A stretch of DNA of 64,000 nucleotides, from positions 29,512,001 to 29,576,000 of the forward strand of contig OZ004607.1 in assembly GCA_963924565.1 (NCBI GenBank), written 5' to 3'. The position numbers and the translations under genes were made by a program. The stretch comes from Ascidiella aspersa. Taxonomy: Eukaryota. This document shows, piece after piece, positions 25,000-37,900 of the stretch (position 1 is its first letter; the number at the start of each line of letters is the position of its first letter). The notes under the pieces are model-generated. The model was not told the origin of the DNA, made no database searches, and saw nothing but the letters and a program-made list of their open reading frames with translations.

Positions 25000-25907
25000 A
25001 GTGTCTAAACGCTTGATTTGGAATATAACACGTTTTGTTGTAAACGTGTTTTCGATAGAACTTTTTATAATGTTATATCTGCGTATAAAAAGCTGGTTTA
25101 AGAACCTAATATGCTTAAATAGTTCAACAATACTAATTTAAAGACGATTTTGTTTAAAAAAAATGGTCGCAAATTTTACCCTTTTATACCGCCTGTTTTT
25201 TGTTTTTAAATAGGTTCTAATTAACTTGTGTATACCACTTATCAATGTGTGTTGACCGCCTCATTGGATTGGAGTAATACCATAACACGTAATGATATTT
25301 AATTGCTTGTGTTCCAAACAATTAAAAACCACCTTAACTTATCTCATTAGCTTCTCTAACAGTCAACAATCCTTATAATATCAGACGAATGAAAGTGAAC
25401 AATTTGTTAAACGTGGGAAAGAAATAAAATAGGCGAACAAGAAGTGACAAGATCAAAAAATAAACTTCGCGCTCTTGCAAAACTGCGTGGGCAAAAAAAC
25501 ACACAGGGGCGATATTTATTGGTGTTAACATACCACCAACCGAGGTTTGCATAAATAAAATATTGAACAAACTGTTACATATTGGATACGGCGACCGCAC
25601 AAATACCCCATAAAACAACATGTGTGGATTTTTCACTAGATTCTATAACCAGACGATTTGTGAAAACGAAAATGAGATCGAAAAGGTAATCAAGCTAAAT
25701 TTCGTAATATGCAAACGCTTCACAAAGTTTTACGCTGAAGCTCAGTGTTTTTCGGTAATACCGACTTAAAAAGAACAGTCGCCTCGTCGGATCACGGATC
25801 TATTTTCCGAAGACGTTTTTTGTAGCAACAATCAGTATAAGACGAACAGGTAACGGGAACTATATATTGAGGGTAGAAGATCGAAGATCATTTTCGTTTT
25901 TTTCGCT

Positions 25908-25949
25908 TCACGCTTTACCAAGCTTACATCGGGCAAAGGCTTCGAAGTC
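25908..25949 (-). CDS. PH gene last coding exon
   Basis: cacag|DFEAFARCKLGKA*; completes an amphipathic C-terminal helix. Confidence 0.78.
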   Translation of the reverse strand, partial: DFEAFARCKLGKA

Positions 25950-28900
25950 CTGTGGGTTTGAAAGACGTTAATATTAAAAACAACATCGAAACCAACACAT
26001 ATCCTGTTCGTACTTCCTTCAAATTAAGTTTTTTTAATAGAAAATTCCCACATCATATACCTAAAAATGTGTGTCAAGAAAAGACGATTTCGTTTGGTTA
26101 AAGCAATGCCTACAATCTGCATTAATAAGCAAATGTATGTAAGGTAATGTACATACCACTTAGGAGTTCAACCCACGTAAAGTTACAGTTAGTTTAGGGC
26201 TTAAGTATCATGCAGCTCAGGGTATCATAAAGACACTAGCCAATAATGCAGAACAAACACACTATGTTTTATAGCAAACTGTATACCTTATGCGAGTCGG
26301 TATTTATTCAATTTAATTTTTTTTTAACCATAAAAAAGTTGGCAAAATACGTTTGCAATCATCCATTGGAATATGCAAGTAGAAACAATTACCTCGATTT
26401 TCGCCAAGATGTCGGCACTGATGTCCTCCTGCGCTGCCCTTTCCGACGACGTTGAGGTTGTTGATCTTCTCCCATCCACGACGGACGCAAAGTCATCCTT
26501 CCCGTCCGGAGCGCTCCGGACCGGGGCCGGCTCGCAGATGACGATCCCAGGAAGTCCTCCAGAGTAGCTATCCAAGTCCTCCAAGGAGCGGGACTGCTGG
26601 AAGCCGCTGTCTGCGTCCGAGCTCATGTTGCCGTCGTTAGAGAGGAGCCTCTTCCCACCACGTGGATCGGTTCCGGGATGAGGCTGGAGGACGGATGACG
26701 CCGGAAGATCGCTCTTTTTTTTGTTCCTCTTGTTGCTGGTTAGTGGCGTGGACACCGAGAGCGGAGTGACGTGGCGGCTGTTGTTTGTTGGGGAATACTC
26801 TAACACGCCGTTTGTCTCCTGTGCATAGAAAGATTGAAGCGGTTTAAGTAAGACTCCATTGATTATTTGGTTTTCATGTTGTCCGTCTGACATTGTTTAC
26901 AATCAACGGCTGGCAAACGAAACAACTTATTTTATATTTAAACATGCAAGACATTTTTCTAACATGTCAATAAAGCAAGTATTTCTGCCAATCACTTTAC
27001 TGAAAAGCCAAGCGTCAAGTAACCTGCAAAATGTCAATAAAAATTGAGTAGGGTTTTTAGTTTAATGTTTTTATTTCGAATGCTAGTAAACCCAATACTG
27101 TCTATATTAGTAATCAGGACAATTGTAACAAAAGAATATAACTGGGTTCACAGATCAGCAATTAAATGAATGGATAAATTGTAAGTTGAACAATTTAATC
27201 AAACGATTGTTTTCAATCTATATAAAGCTCAAAACAGTAGAAAAAGGATGAAAATTCCGTCTCGCATTTTTTCTAAATATGCAAAACGCAAAAGATGAAC
27301 CCCAGTCCCCAGTAGTAACCCTACTCTGGTGAAATTTCTTTGAAGCAGACTAACGACAGAACTTCTAACTTACGGAAACAGAACTATTTGAAGTGGACGA
27401 AGACGCTCGATCGTCCGAGATGCTTGAGAGCTCGTCGATTGACCCCAAAGTGTGAAGCGATCGGCCCGACAGAGGCGATAGGACATCGCCGAGTGTATGG
27501 CGCCTCCTGTGGCTGCCTCCCTTGGCTTGATGTCGCCGCATGATGTCGATCGTCTCCCGCTGCTCGAGGATTACCAGTTCGAGGTCGCGCTTCTGCTGCA
27601 GCTTTTCCAGGTTGTGCTGAAGAATATAAAAACGGTAATATAAAGAAAGCAAATTTTTAATTAGTAAAACAATTAAATTTTACAAAATTTGTTAAATTAA
27701 AAGGGACAACGCTTTACAAGGGGAAAAGGATGCAGTCTTATGTAAATTATGCTTTCGAAGACGTTTCTTCTTATAGCATATAGTAATAGAGCTTTACCAT
27801 GTTTAATTTTTTTCGGATTTTTAAAGGAAAGCATTATATATTTATTTATTTTTTTGCGGTTCTAACAAATTTGTAAAATGCTTCAGTAAAAAACTGTAAA
27901 TCTGTCAAGTTCTCATACGCTTTTTAGAATAAAACACGTGAATTAAGTTAACACATTACTTTTTCCAGATTATAAAGTTACCATATTACTTTATTCCTTT
28001 GCTTATTAGCGAAAAACGGTAATTTCTATCAATTTCGACATTACATTTTATGTTATAAAAGACACACACGCATATGTGTTCATTAAATTATACGGTAGTG
28101 TTGCTACCCTTCAATCTAAAGTTGCTTATACTAACAGAATGTAGCAAACATAGGCGTATGGTTGTTTCTCGACTCGCTCCCCTCTGAGCCTGTGTAGCTT
28201 ATTTGGTAGAGCTACGGTCCCGGTATGTCCCGAGTTTAAACCTTACTGCAGTTGTTTTTCTGGCCTGCCTTGCTTGCATCATTAATCGACAGATTCTGTT
28301 AGTCTGCGATAGCTTTTTCTACGTTTTATGTTACAATCCATTTAAACCCCGCGGCCTCCATGTTGTGCGCTGGGAATTACATAATTTTCTTAATTTGCAC
28401 TAATCCAGAAGCTTCTGCACTCACCAGTTTGTTTGCTTCCTCCTCAGCAAACTCCCGGTCGATCTTGGACAGCGCTTCCTGCATCTCGCGGAGTCTGGCC
28501 TCCATCGCCGAGAAGTGGAAGTGGTTGTCGCGACGACGTCGGCCGCTCTTTGGTGCCAGGTCCTTGGAGAACTGGTCGACTTTCAGCTGGGCCGAGTTTC
28601 GTCGTCTGTTGGAAACACCGCAAACAGCGTTTTTTGTAGTTACTTGGTGGGCCAAATAAAATGCCGGTACAAGAACAGGTTCAATCTAAATGATTTTTGC
28701 GCAACTTGAAGTCCACTAAATATTACCCAATCGTGGGTATTTGCGGTGAGTGAGAACGTTTTGTATTTCTTTAACTACAGAAAAAATATTTTTCGAAATG
28801 ATGGGCGAAACAATGACACAGAGATAAATCCAAATTAAATGTTTTTTTTTACTATTTTTAAGACTCTGATAGTGACAGAAAAATCCGCTTATTTAATTAG

Positions 28901-31900
28901 AGTATATATTTCAATGTTTTGAGCGTGAACATGTTTCGTTCTGTATAAACTTTTGAACTACGACAACATAAGTTACGACTTAATTAAAATGGAGTTATGT
29001 ACCTCAGATAAATGGATAGGGATTGTTTTTGTGTTCCGATTGACTAACCTAAATTTCAAACCAAGAAACGAAGAGAATCACAAAAACAAATGAAATCTAA
29101 TTTATTGAAAGAAATATTAAAACTTAATTTACAAGACGAACCTGTTAAGAAAAGTAAGGAACTTTGCTACTTTCAGTTCTTCCTCGTCTCGGGCGCGCTC
29201 GTAGTGGTCGTTCACCTCGTCACGTGACACTCTCCTAGTGGGCGGACTTCTCATTGAGTCTTTCGAGGAATGATGGAGCGATGGCGCGGATGAAGAGCTG
29301 TCGGTGGTGGTGACCTTATCCAGGAGCCGCTGCTCTTCGGCGATCAGCTTGCGCTGCAGCGACATCTCGCGGAGCAGTTTGCGCTTCTGCATTTCCGCCA
29401 GCTCGCGGTCGAGTTTGTCTTGCGAAACGGCGTGCTACAAAGGAGATGATAAAATAAGGCGTCTATCATCTAAATATGCCGAAAGTGAGACGATTATGTT
29501 ACGCTTATTATTCCTTATTTTCTGTGCAAACTACCGAGCGATATTCGGCTTTAAAAAGAGGAAATATGGCGATTCAAAAAATTAAATGGTCGTTGGCTGC
29601 ATAAGAGCTTTTCCATTATAAGTTGTTTTCCTTGTGCCTTCTGGATAAAGATGAAAAATAAACTGGGTGTTTTTAAGTTCAAATAGTGTTTAATATTAAT
29701 TGAACACCGTGTATTGATGATTAAAAACAGAAAGTATTAGCATCGAACTTAGCCCTTGAATATTTAATATTTTATACACATTAAAGTTTTAGTATTTTGT
29801 CATTTTATTTTTAACACAGAAAAGAATACTGTCTTGCCAAATATAAGTTTACTCAGCCATGAAGTCCTGTTTACCGTTCAGGACATAAAACAATGAGTTT
29901 TTTCAAAGATTACTTGTTTTTACATCTATATTAACAAATATGTTGTTTTTTTCTAACTTATTCCTATTTGCTTACCTCAGCTGATTGCTTTTGGTTAGGT
30001 AATGGGTTGTACGGAGCAGAGAGTGATGGCATACTCGCTCTGTGCCTGCTGATTGGAGCGTTTTTAAGAGGAATCTCCAGCGTTTCCGGTTCATTTCTGT
30101 AGATTTTAATAAAACATAACTTTTTTAGTGGCATGTAGTTATCGCGTGCTTGTAAAAAGTCGATTTTACGACAAAACAGAATTGCGACTCTAGCGTAAGT
30201 AACCTAATCTCGATATGAGACAACGTCATGAGAGTTGACCCATCTGTTGTGACATTAAACCTTAAGGTCCACAACAAAAAGCTGCAGATAGGTTGAAAAA
30301 CAGTAGACAAATTCTGATAGTTACATACAGTAAAACTTCAAACGAGCCCCGGGTACCGAACTAAAGAACCATTACCTGAACATACAGGCACATTTTTAGC
30401 CGTTAATGAAAAGGTGATCAGTATCACAATTACGAAAATATTTTTGTAGTTTTATCCCCACAACCGGCCCTGAGACTTCATTAAAGTGAAGACCAGTATG
30501 GCAGAATGCTGGCGACTTGGCGACTATGTCGGCCGAAGAATCAGCCAGAAAACCGAAGTAATTGGTGTAAAAAACTAAAATTGAAAAAATTAAAAAATAA
30601 AATAAAATTGAAAAAATTATTTTTTTAAATTTTTTTTTTAAAAGTTTTTTTCCAGCATCCAATTTACAAAATACCTTGTGGTTGTTTCCAAACATATTTA
30701 ATCACATATATTTTTAAACAGTGGAAGTATGTAATAACATACCACACTACAATTGGCAGAAATTCATTTTGTTGTGTTATTTAAAAAAAAGTTACGGTAG
30801 CGTGAAGCACATTGTTTGGTTAGAAAAAGCCAGTGTAAGGCATATAGATTGTTTATTATTTTAAAAAGTATACACTTTTGATCATACAATTGTTACGTGT
30901 TGGCAGTTTTGCTTTGAATTGGCAAGTACTTCTATATTAAGTTGAATTCCCCATTCCTGTTAAATGTACAGGTATAACATTCGCATCGGCATATTAAGGA
31001 TGTACCAGGCTATGCTTCTCCACCTAAGGCCTAGCCCTAAAGTATATTTTTGGTTGTTTAATCACGCAAATGCAAAAAAATTTCGCGCTTCACGCGTCCT
31101 TTAGCCTGCTTTTGCAAGGTTTATGTGTCTTTGTTTTCAACAAATCTATCCCAAAGGGAATATGCATACTATGGGGCATGTTGCAATGTGACTGTGACAA
31201 TTTTTATTAAATTTTATTAAAAATATCATTATTTCGAGCAATATAGATTGAAAATTTATCCAAAGAATATTTTTTCATGCTTTTCAATCTGGTTTTGAGC
31301 AGCACGTTTTCACACAAATTTGCCTAAAAACAGATTATCTATATACCACTTTTAAAGCAAGAAAATCAGACATGTACGTATACCCCTAGGCCCAAGGTTG
31401 TACCTTCACATGTCCCTTATGTATTAGTTAATGACTTAATGTCCAAAAATTTTCGCGCCTTCGGCGCTACGTTTTGTTGTCCAATGTACTTAATAGCCTT
31501 GTTTATCGCCAAAACATGGCAAGGTTCAAACATTCCTTAGGCGAACATATCATTTAAGTTTAGGGGCGCGACCAAAAACCGAAGAATTTTCGCCAAAAAT
31601 GCTTGTCACCAGAAGGCTGGCAAGATTCTGCCAGCTTGGTGAAGACCAAGGTCTCGGCGGTGCTTTTCGGTATATTTACACAAAACCGCGGCGACTCACG
31701 TGATCGGCGGGGAAATCACCCTCCTCGTTTCCTTCTCGATTGTTCCGACCCAGAGCAAAAAGTCGCGGTGGTTGTCGGACGCAAAGTGGAGGGTCGGGAC
31801 TCCCTGGAAAAAAACGAAAAAAAATAGCAATTAAACATTTAAATTCCCTTCTATATTGCTTTAAAAATGGAGCCAAGTTTACCGTTTTAAAAATGGCAAA

Positions 31901-34900
31901 ATAACTGAAGCCCTAACTTACAATAGCACTGGATCCAACGTTGTTATAAATTACCATTAGACATTGTACTACACAGAAAAAAGAGTCACCACAAACGAAA
32001 CGCGAAAAACATTACTACGACGCTATACAGATTATTACAGTTTAAGTAAATATAGAATAAATAATAGGGTAGCATGTAACATTTCTTAAAGTCAAAGCTA
32101 GTTTAAAACGATTATAAATTGCATTTTAGAAGTGCTTTGTCTACCTTCTGTTGCAGCCGGAACACGAAACGGGTCCGATTCAGGTCGGTTACGTTGGCGA
32201 TGACGTCATAGCCACGTAGCAGCACCGCGTCTCTGGTGACGTCAGACTGTGGAGTGTTGTAACAGTAGAGGCACGAATCCTGGAGCACGCACCAGAACCT
32301 GAAAGTAAAAGCGGATTCGATTAAAAATTGAAGTAAAAATCATAAACATGAACATAATTTAAACCTGTTTGGTTTTTACATTTTTCGAGATGTTTAATTT
32401 AAAAAAAAAATTCGCCTTTAATTGTTTGTAGGTTTAACGGACTTGTATATATTGTTGTATGCAGAAGCAGAGCAGTCATACAAATATATACATTTTATTC
32501 ACATCACAATAATATCATATATTAATATTAATATGTCGCCTGGTTGAGTTCCGCATTATATTTTGATTATGCTAATTTTAGATATACGAATAAATACATA
32601 ACCGAATAAGGACGACACTAATTTTGAGTTTTTGTAACGGTATAAAATACGTCACGTCAAATACACCTATGTTTAAGCTGGCACATTAACTAAATCACTC
32701 AAATGCCCAAAATGCAGCTACTTGTCATCGTGATTAAAAAACCTAATTAAACAAATATCTGCAAGTAGCATATCTTAGTGTCCCTGACGTGGACATCAAG
32801 TGTGAAACTATCAACTATCAGGTAGACAGAAAGTTGTGACATAAACATATATGTGGTCAGTCTGGCAACGATACACATAACCTTTGGCGTCCAATAAGTT
32901 GCCAAACAAGTGCCTTAACGTGATGTGCTGGAAACATTTGACCTTTTACTGTCCAAGTGATATGTCAAGCGTTTTCGGCTTTTGTGTCGCAAAAGGTCAA
33001 TGATCGTTTCTGAAGAGCTTTAAATAGCCCCGACCTCAGATGACTTAGGCTTGCAAGACGTAGCCGTGCAATATTGCCAAAGCACACGGCCATTACCATT
33101 AATGACTCAAAGGCTCATGGGTTCTATTAGGCCGATTGAAGTCAAACTAAACATAAACAAAGGTACTGTAAGCCAACTAAGTTTGGGATTTTGTAAAGCC
33201 CGCCGAAATCAAATAGAACACTAAGACTAATTTGTCGACAAAATATAGTGATTTAAAATAATAGCTATATTTGCACTAAATCTCATAACTTTGCTAAACG
33301 TAAGCGCGTTGTTCACTTACGCCTTACGGTAATCCAGAAACTTAAATGTGGTTTAAAATGTGGTTTCATTTTGGTGTCTTGTAGATGTGAAAGCTCGTAT
33401 TAATTTTTAATGAATAGATCCAATGTTGTAGTCACTTTATTTCTATAGCAGTTGAACGGAGTTTATTTCCAAGTTTATTTAAAGCGGTCCCATGTGAAGT
33501 TTTTACTTAACGTAATAAAAAAATATAATGTAGAATAAACACTTATCTCTTCAGGGTTACATTGTAATTCATCAACTTTTGGCCTTTCTGCCATTTATTT
33601 AGCATGTGAATAACCGAAGGCGACCCTTTTAGTAAAAACTGCTTTTAAATGTTTTTGACATTTTTATCCAGTTTATTATTACTTTGCAATGTATATGTAA
33701 TTTACTTATAGGAACTTACGATGCCAGTATAGGCGAAATATATATTCCTTTAAACAAAAAGGCCGATCCTGGTTTTACTCAGGTTTTTACACTGTGAGTT
33801 TTATTTGTTGGTAGTAAAAAGTTTGCGATATAAAACAACATCCGCAAGCAAAACACGGCCAAGTAGTAAACCGTGTATATCAACCTTGCCTGGTCGCGGT
33901 TACGTAATATCCGAATTTAACCGAAGCCCGAGATACAAGGCTTCTGGTGGGATGCCCTTAAATAAATAATGTCGCGCGTCGCCGACCAAGATAACAAGTA
34001 TGTCGACGGCAGCTTGTCGTTTTCAGCCGCTGCTTCGTTTGCGTTGTGACGTCGGCTAAGGAACACACATCATTGACAGGCGGTAAATCAATGAATATTC
34101 GAAGGAATGAAAGGCTGTTGCCTTTTTAATTAGCCACGCGACGTTTTATATTGAATTTCGTTTGCAGGATGGTGTTTGCCGGTTGGCAAACTCAGGTTGG
34201 ATTGTTGTTTGTTATCACATATGTAAAACAAACGAGGTAAATAGTGCAAAAATTTGACCACAAAAAAAAGCAGTTCCCGGCAAAGTTGAAATATATTTTT
34301 TTGGCAACTGCTTCGAGGTCTCAGTAACCTTAGGGCTGGTATATTGCTTACATAAAAATTAAAGGCGACGAAAAAAGAGTAAATCATTTTGGTTTAGACC
34401 TGCTCTTCACTCGCCCTATCGAGGAGGAGCATGCATGTGCAACAGCTCTAGTTTACATAGGGATAGGGGGAGTTAAACGGTAGTTTACTTGTTACCCTTT
34501 GTCCATTGTATATAATTACCCGTTCCGCAGACCCTGGCAAATCCTGTTCGCTGTTGTGTATACACTTGATAAAAATACCCTGTGTGTTTAGTGTCACCGC
34601 GCCATCGGTCACATTTCATAATGTTCCGAATCGCCGCCAACCTCCGCCGAACTCGACGCGCCCGTTATAAAACAACAACGATCCTTTGGCCTGCCGCCGC
34701 GACCCCTGTTTAGATTTCCCACAGGCCGGGGCGTGCCATTGAACGGCGCTCGAGTGTTTACGTTCGGATATCGCCGAGGCGAAAATACAGTTAATCCCGA
34801 ACGTCGATTCTGTGCTTACGCGCGGGGCCGGCGACCCGACAATGCGCTTTTCCCGTTGAGGTTTCGATTTCGCCTTATCCCGTCGCACAATAAGCGCTTG

Positions 34901-37900
34901 TCCGCGAAACTGGGTCAGCTTCTTGTCTTTCGACAGCACTCGCGGCCCCGAGAAATTGCCAAAGTGTATCGGTGACACGAAAAAGTGATTTAAGTGCTGC
35001 CGTCCGCAATACGGCCCAAAGGGAAATTAGCAAAGCGCCTTCGCTTATGTTTACCGACTTGCGACCGGCGTCAAATGAGTTCATCCCGGTTCAGTTGTGT
35101 GTTGCGGGATTATCCCAACCCTTAAAGCTCTTTCCAAGCAAAGAGGCGGAAATTAGCGGATGATATGCGACGCTAATTGCCCGACAGCGGCCCTTCCATC
35201 AATGTTACAGCTCACAGTGGTTATGTGGGCGGTTTTCTAAGCATGGTGCAAATTAGAAAGAGTATAGGGATACACAACGGTCTTACATCTGTCCACAAAC
35301 TATGACAGTTGTAGTTGTGGTATTCAGATTCCAATTTGTGAGAGTGTATTATTAAATTAATTTTAACTAAGTTTGACAATTTCCTTGAGGCTTTTATCCC
35401 AAATCTCACAACCTTAAATGGTAATTATAGTCTTCAGCAGTTGTTAAAACTAATCATGTTCATTGTTTATCTACAACGACATGACACAATGTATTTTCAG
35501 CAGCGTTTTTAAAACTGTCCAATTTACTGTTTCTTACTAAGTGCTGAGTATGGAGCACAAAATATGAACCCCACATTCTGAAAGGGGCCAATAATTTAAA
35601 AACGTAACTGCGTTCGTCGAAAGAAGGCTACTTAAAACTGTCGCGGGAGTAACATTGCAATAACGGAGAGTGTTCGCAGCTGAAAAAATAACAGAGTCGG
35701 TTTACAAGGCCAGTTAGATAAACACTAGGCTACTATTTCCAAACACGTTTATCCTTGTTTGAAGTAGACATGGTCATGGCACTTAAAAATAGGGACATTG
35801 CACTTAAAAATAGGCCTTCTCATCTGGGCCTTTGATTTAATCCTTATACCTCCAGGGTCAACTGACCCGTTAACAATTTTGTGGTTCTTCGTTGATCCTT
35901 TGCTACTGTGTTTGCATTGTAGCAACAAATAAACAGTTATCTTTTCTCATAGAGGAGCATGGCAAAACGTAGCCGGTGTTTGAATGGTGCCCCTATCTCC
36001 ATTGTAAGCGGCTGCGGTTGTTCCCCTATCTCCATTGTAAGCGGCTGCGGCTATCTCCAACCACGATTATCACCAACAGTTGCCGTGTCTTGTTATCCGC
36101 AGCCGACAATCTGGCAAGACGGGAGAGGCCGAGGCTTATCACTTTCTCCCGCTTGCCGCTAATGCAAATCGCAACATGGCGACGACAGCTTGTTTGTGCG
36201 CACATGCGCCGTTGACGGGAGAGCGTTGATCGGGCCTATACAACTGACAATAACAGCGGTAATCCAAATTATGCGCGCGGTGAAATTAAAGCAGGTGGTT
36301 GAAGATAATACCGCTGGAGTTGACAGGATTAAGCAAAGCGGCGGCGCGGAGAACGATAGGCTCTTGATTGCATTCGGTCATCGAACTCCTGGAAAACCCT
36401 CAGGCGGCCAATTGAATACGCATCAAAAAAGGATTAGCGATGCGTAAGCCGGACGTCATACGTTCTTATAGTATTTCGCGATAATATAAAACACATAAGG
36501 CCGTAGGTTCAAGTTGGTCTTATAAGCTCTTTGTTCCTGCTAGTGCGATGCATGAAAGTCAATCACAAGAATTTTGGGCAAAAGGTCAAAAACAACATTC
36601 GGTTTTTTTGCGACGAATCTGGGAAAGTCAGACGCGATTATGACGTAAATTGGACAAAGTGCACAAAGTGTAAAGACACTCTAGTGTACTGCAATCTTGA
36701 CAAAAAGAAAAAAATCAAGTTTGCCTAAACCATGTTTTTTGTTTTATACAGCATTTGGGTCCTGTTTACTTGACGATGAATACCGCATTGTAACGACAAG
36801 CAAACAATTTGACCACTTCCTAAACACGATTTACATATCGTATTCATAAACACAAATTTCTTAAATCAGTTATCAACACACCGCATTCACTCCTTGAAAA
36901 TCCAACAAACATTTTTCTTAAACACTTCTTATATCAGTCAGTCGGCAATTTCCCGCCCTTAAAGCGACAGACATTTAACATTTAGATTTCCCAATGCGGT
37001 AGCAAACAATACTTTCGAATATGACAAACAACCTGCATTCACTATACCTACTCAAATATCCAACAAACGTTTTTCCAACAAACGTTTTTTTTCTCTTACC
37101 TCTCCCAGTTCTTTTTCTTCTTCTTGCTGCAGTCCAGGTATCCCCGGTGAGCGGCCGTTTCCAATCGGGTGGCCGGAATCCGGAAGACGGCCGGCTTGCC
37201 TCCGGCGCTAGATGAGGACGAGCTCTTGACGGAAATGCTCCCTGAGCTCTCTCCATCCCCATCAGTGGAGGCGGACTCTCCCTCCGACGGGGCCAACCTC
37301 TTAGCAAGTGAGTTTGACATCCAGTTGGAGAAACGGCGCTCAGAGAATCCCAGGCTACTGCTGCTGCTAGGCGAACCGAAGATGTCGGAAGAGCGGATGT
37401 CCGCTGGAAGTGAAAAGGGTTTCGATATTTAAACTGATTGCAGCTTAAACGGCATTAACATATATTGAAAATGAATGAAGAGTTATTCGAAATGTTCAAA
37501 ATCATACCTACTTCTGTATGGGCTAGCATTATAAGCATTATTCTCCAAAGGCCTTATCCCACGCATTTACTCCAAAAGGCCTTAACATAGCTTAGCGATG
37601 CTGCTTCATTACACAATAAAAGGGCGTATCTTTATGGAATCCAAAAGCATTGGCAGCAGGTTTCTGCTTGTCGATCACTGTTCCGCGGACGTGTATATTA
37701 ACAATAAAACTCAACCGTCATTACTTTGCTTTGTTTATGTATTTCACTTTACTTACAGGAACTGACGATGCTAGTGTAGGCGAAATATATAGTTCAATAA
37801 ATAAGTCTGATTCTCTGTTTCACCCGGGTTTTTAAACTTTGAGTTCTATTGACTCATCAAACCGTATGGTTGAACAAGTTAGGTGCGCGCAATGTATTAC

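Noticed and set aside
29171-29171. Earlier donor (aaa|gtagca) for the PH coiled-coil exon
   Set aside because: Phase 0 is incompatible with the phase-2 acceptor at 28605; donor 29142 fits
31606-31642. Short hairpin near a PH-gene donor
   Set aside because: Sits at the edge of decayed transposon-like sequence (~31.0-31.65 kb); small inverted repeats are expected there
35900-35930. miR-33-like hairpin (tgcattgtag)
   Set aside because: Only ~10 nt match and the stem is too short for a pre-miRNA
35990-36059. CRISPR-like direct repeats (also 49188-49250)
   Set aside because: Only two adjacent copies with no spacers or cas genes, in eukaryotic context; these are simple tandem duplications
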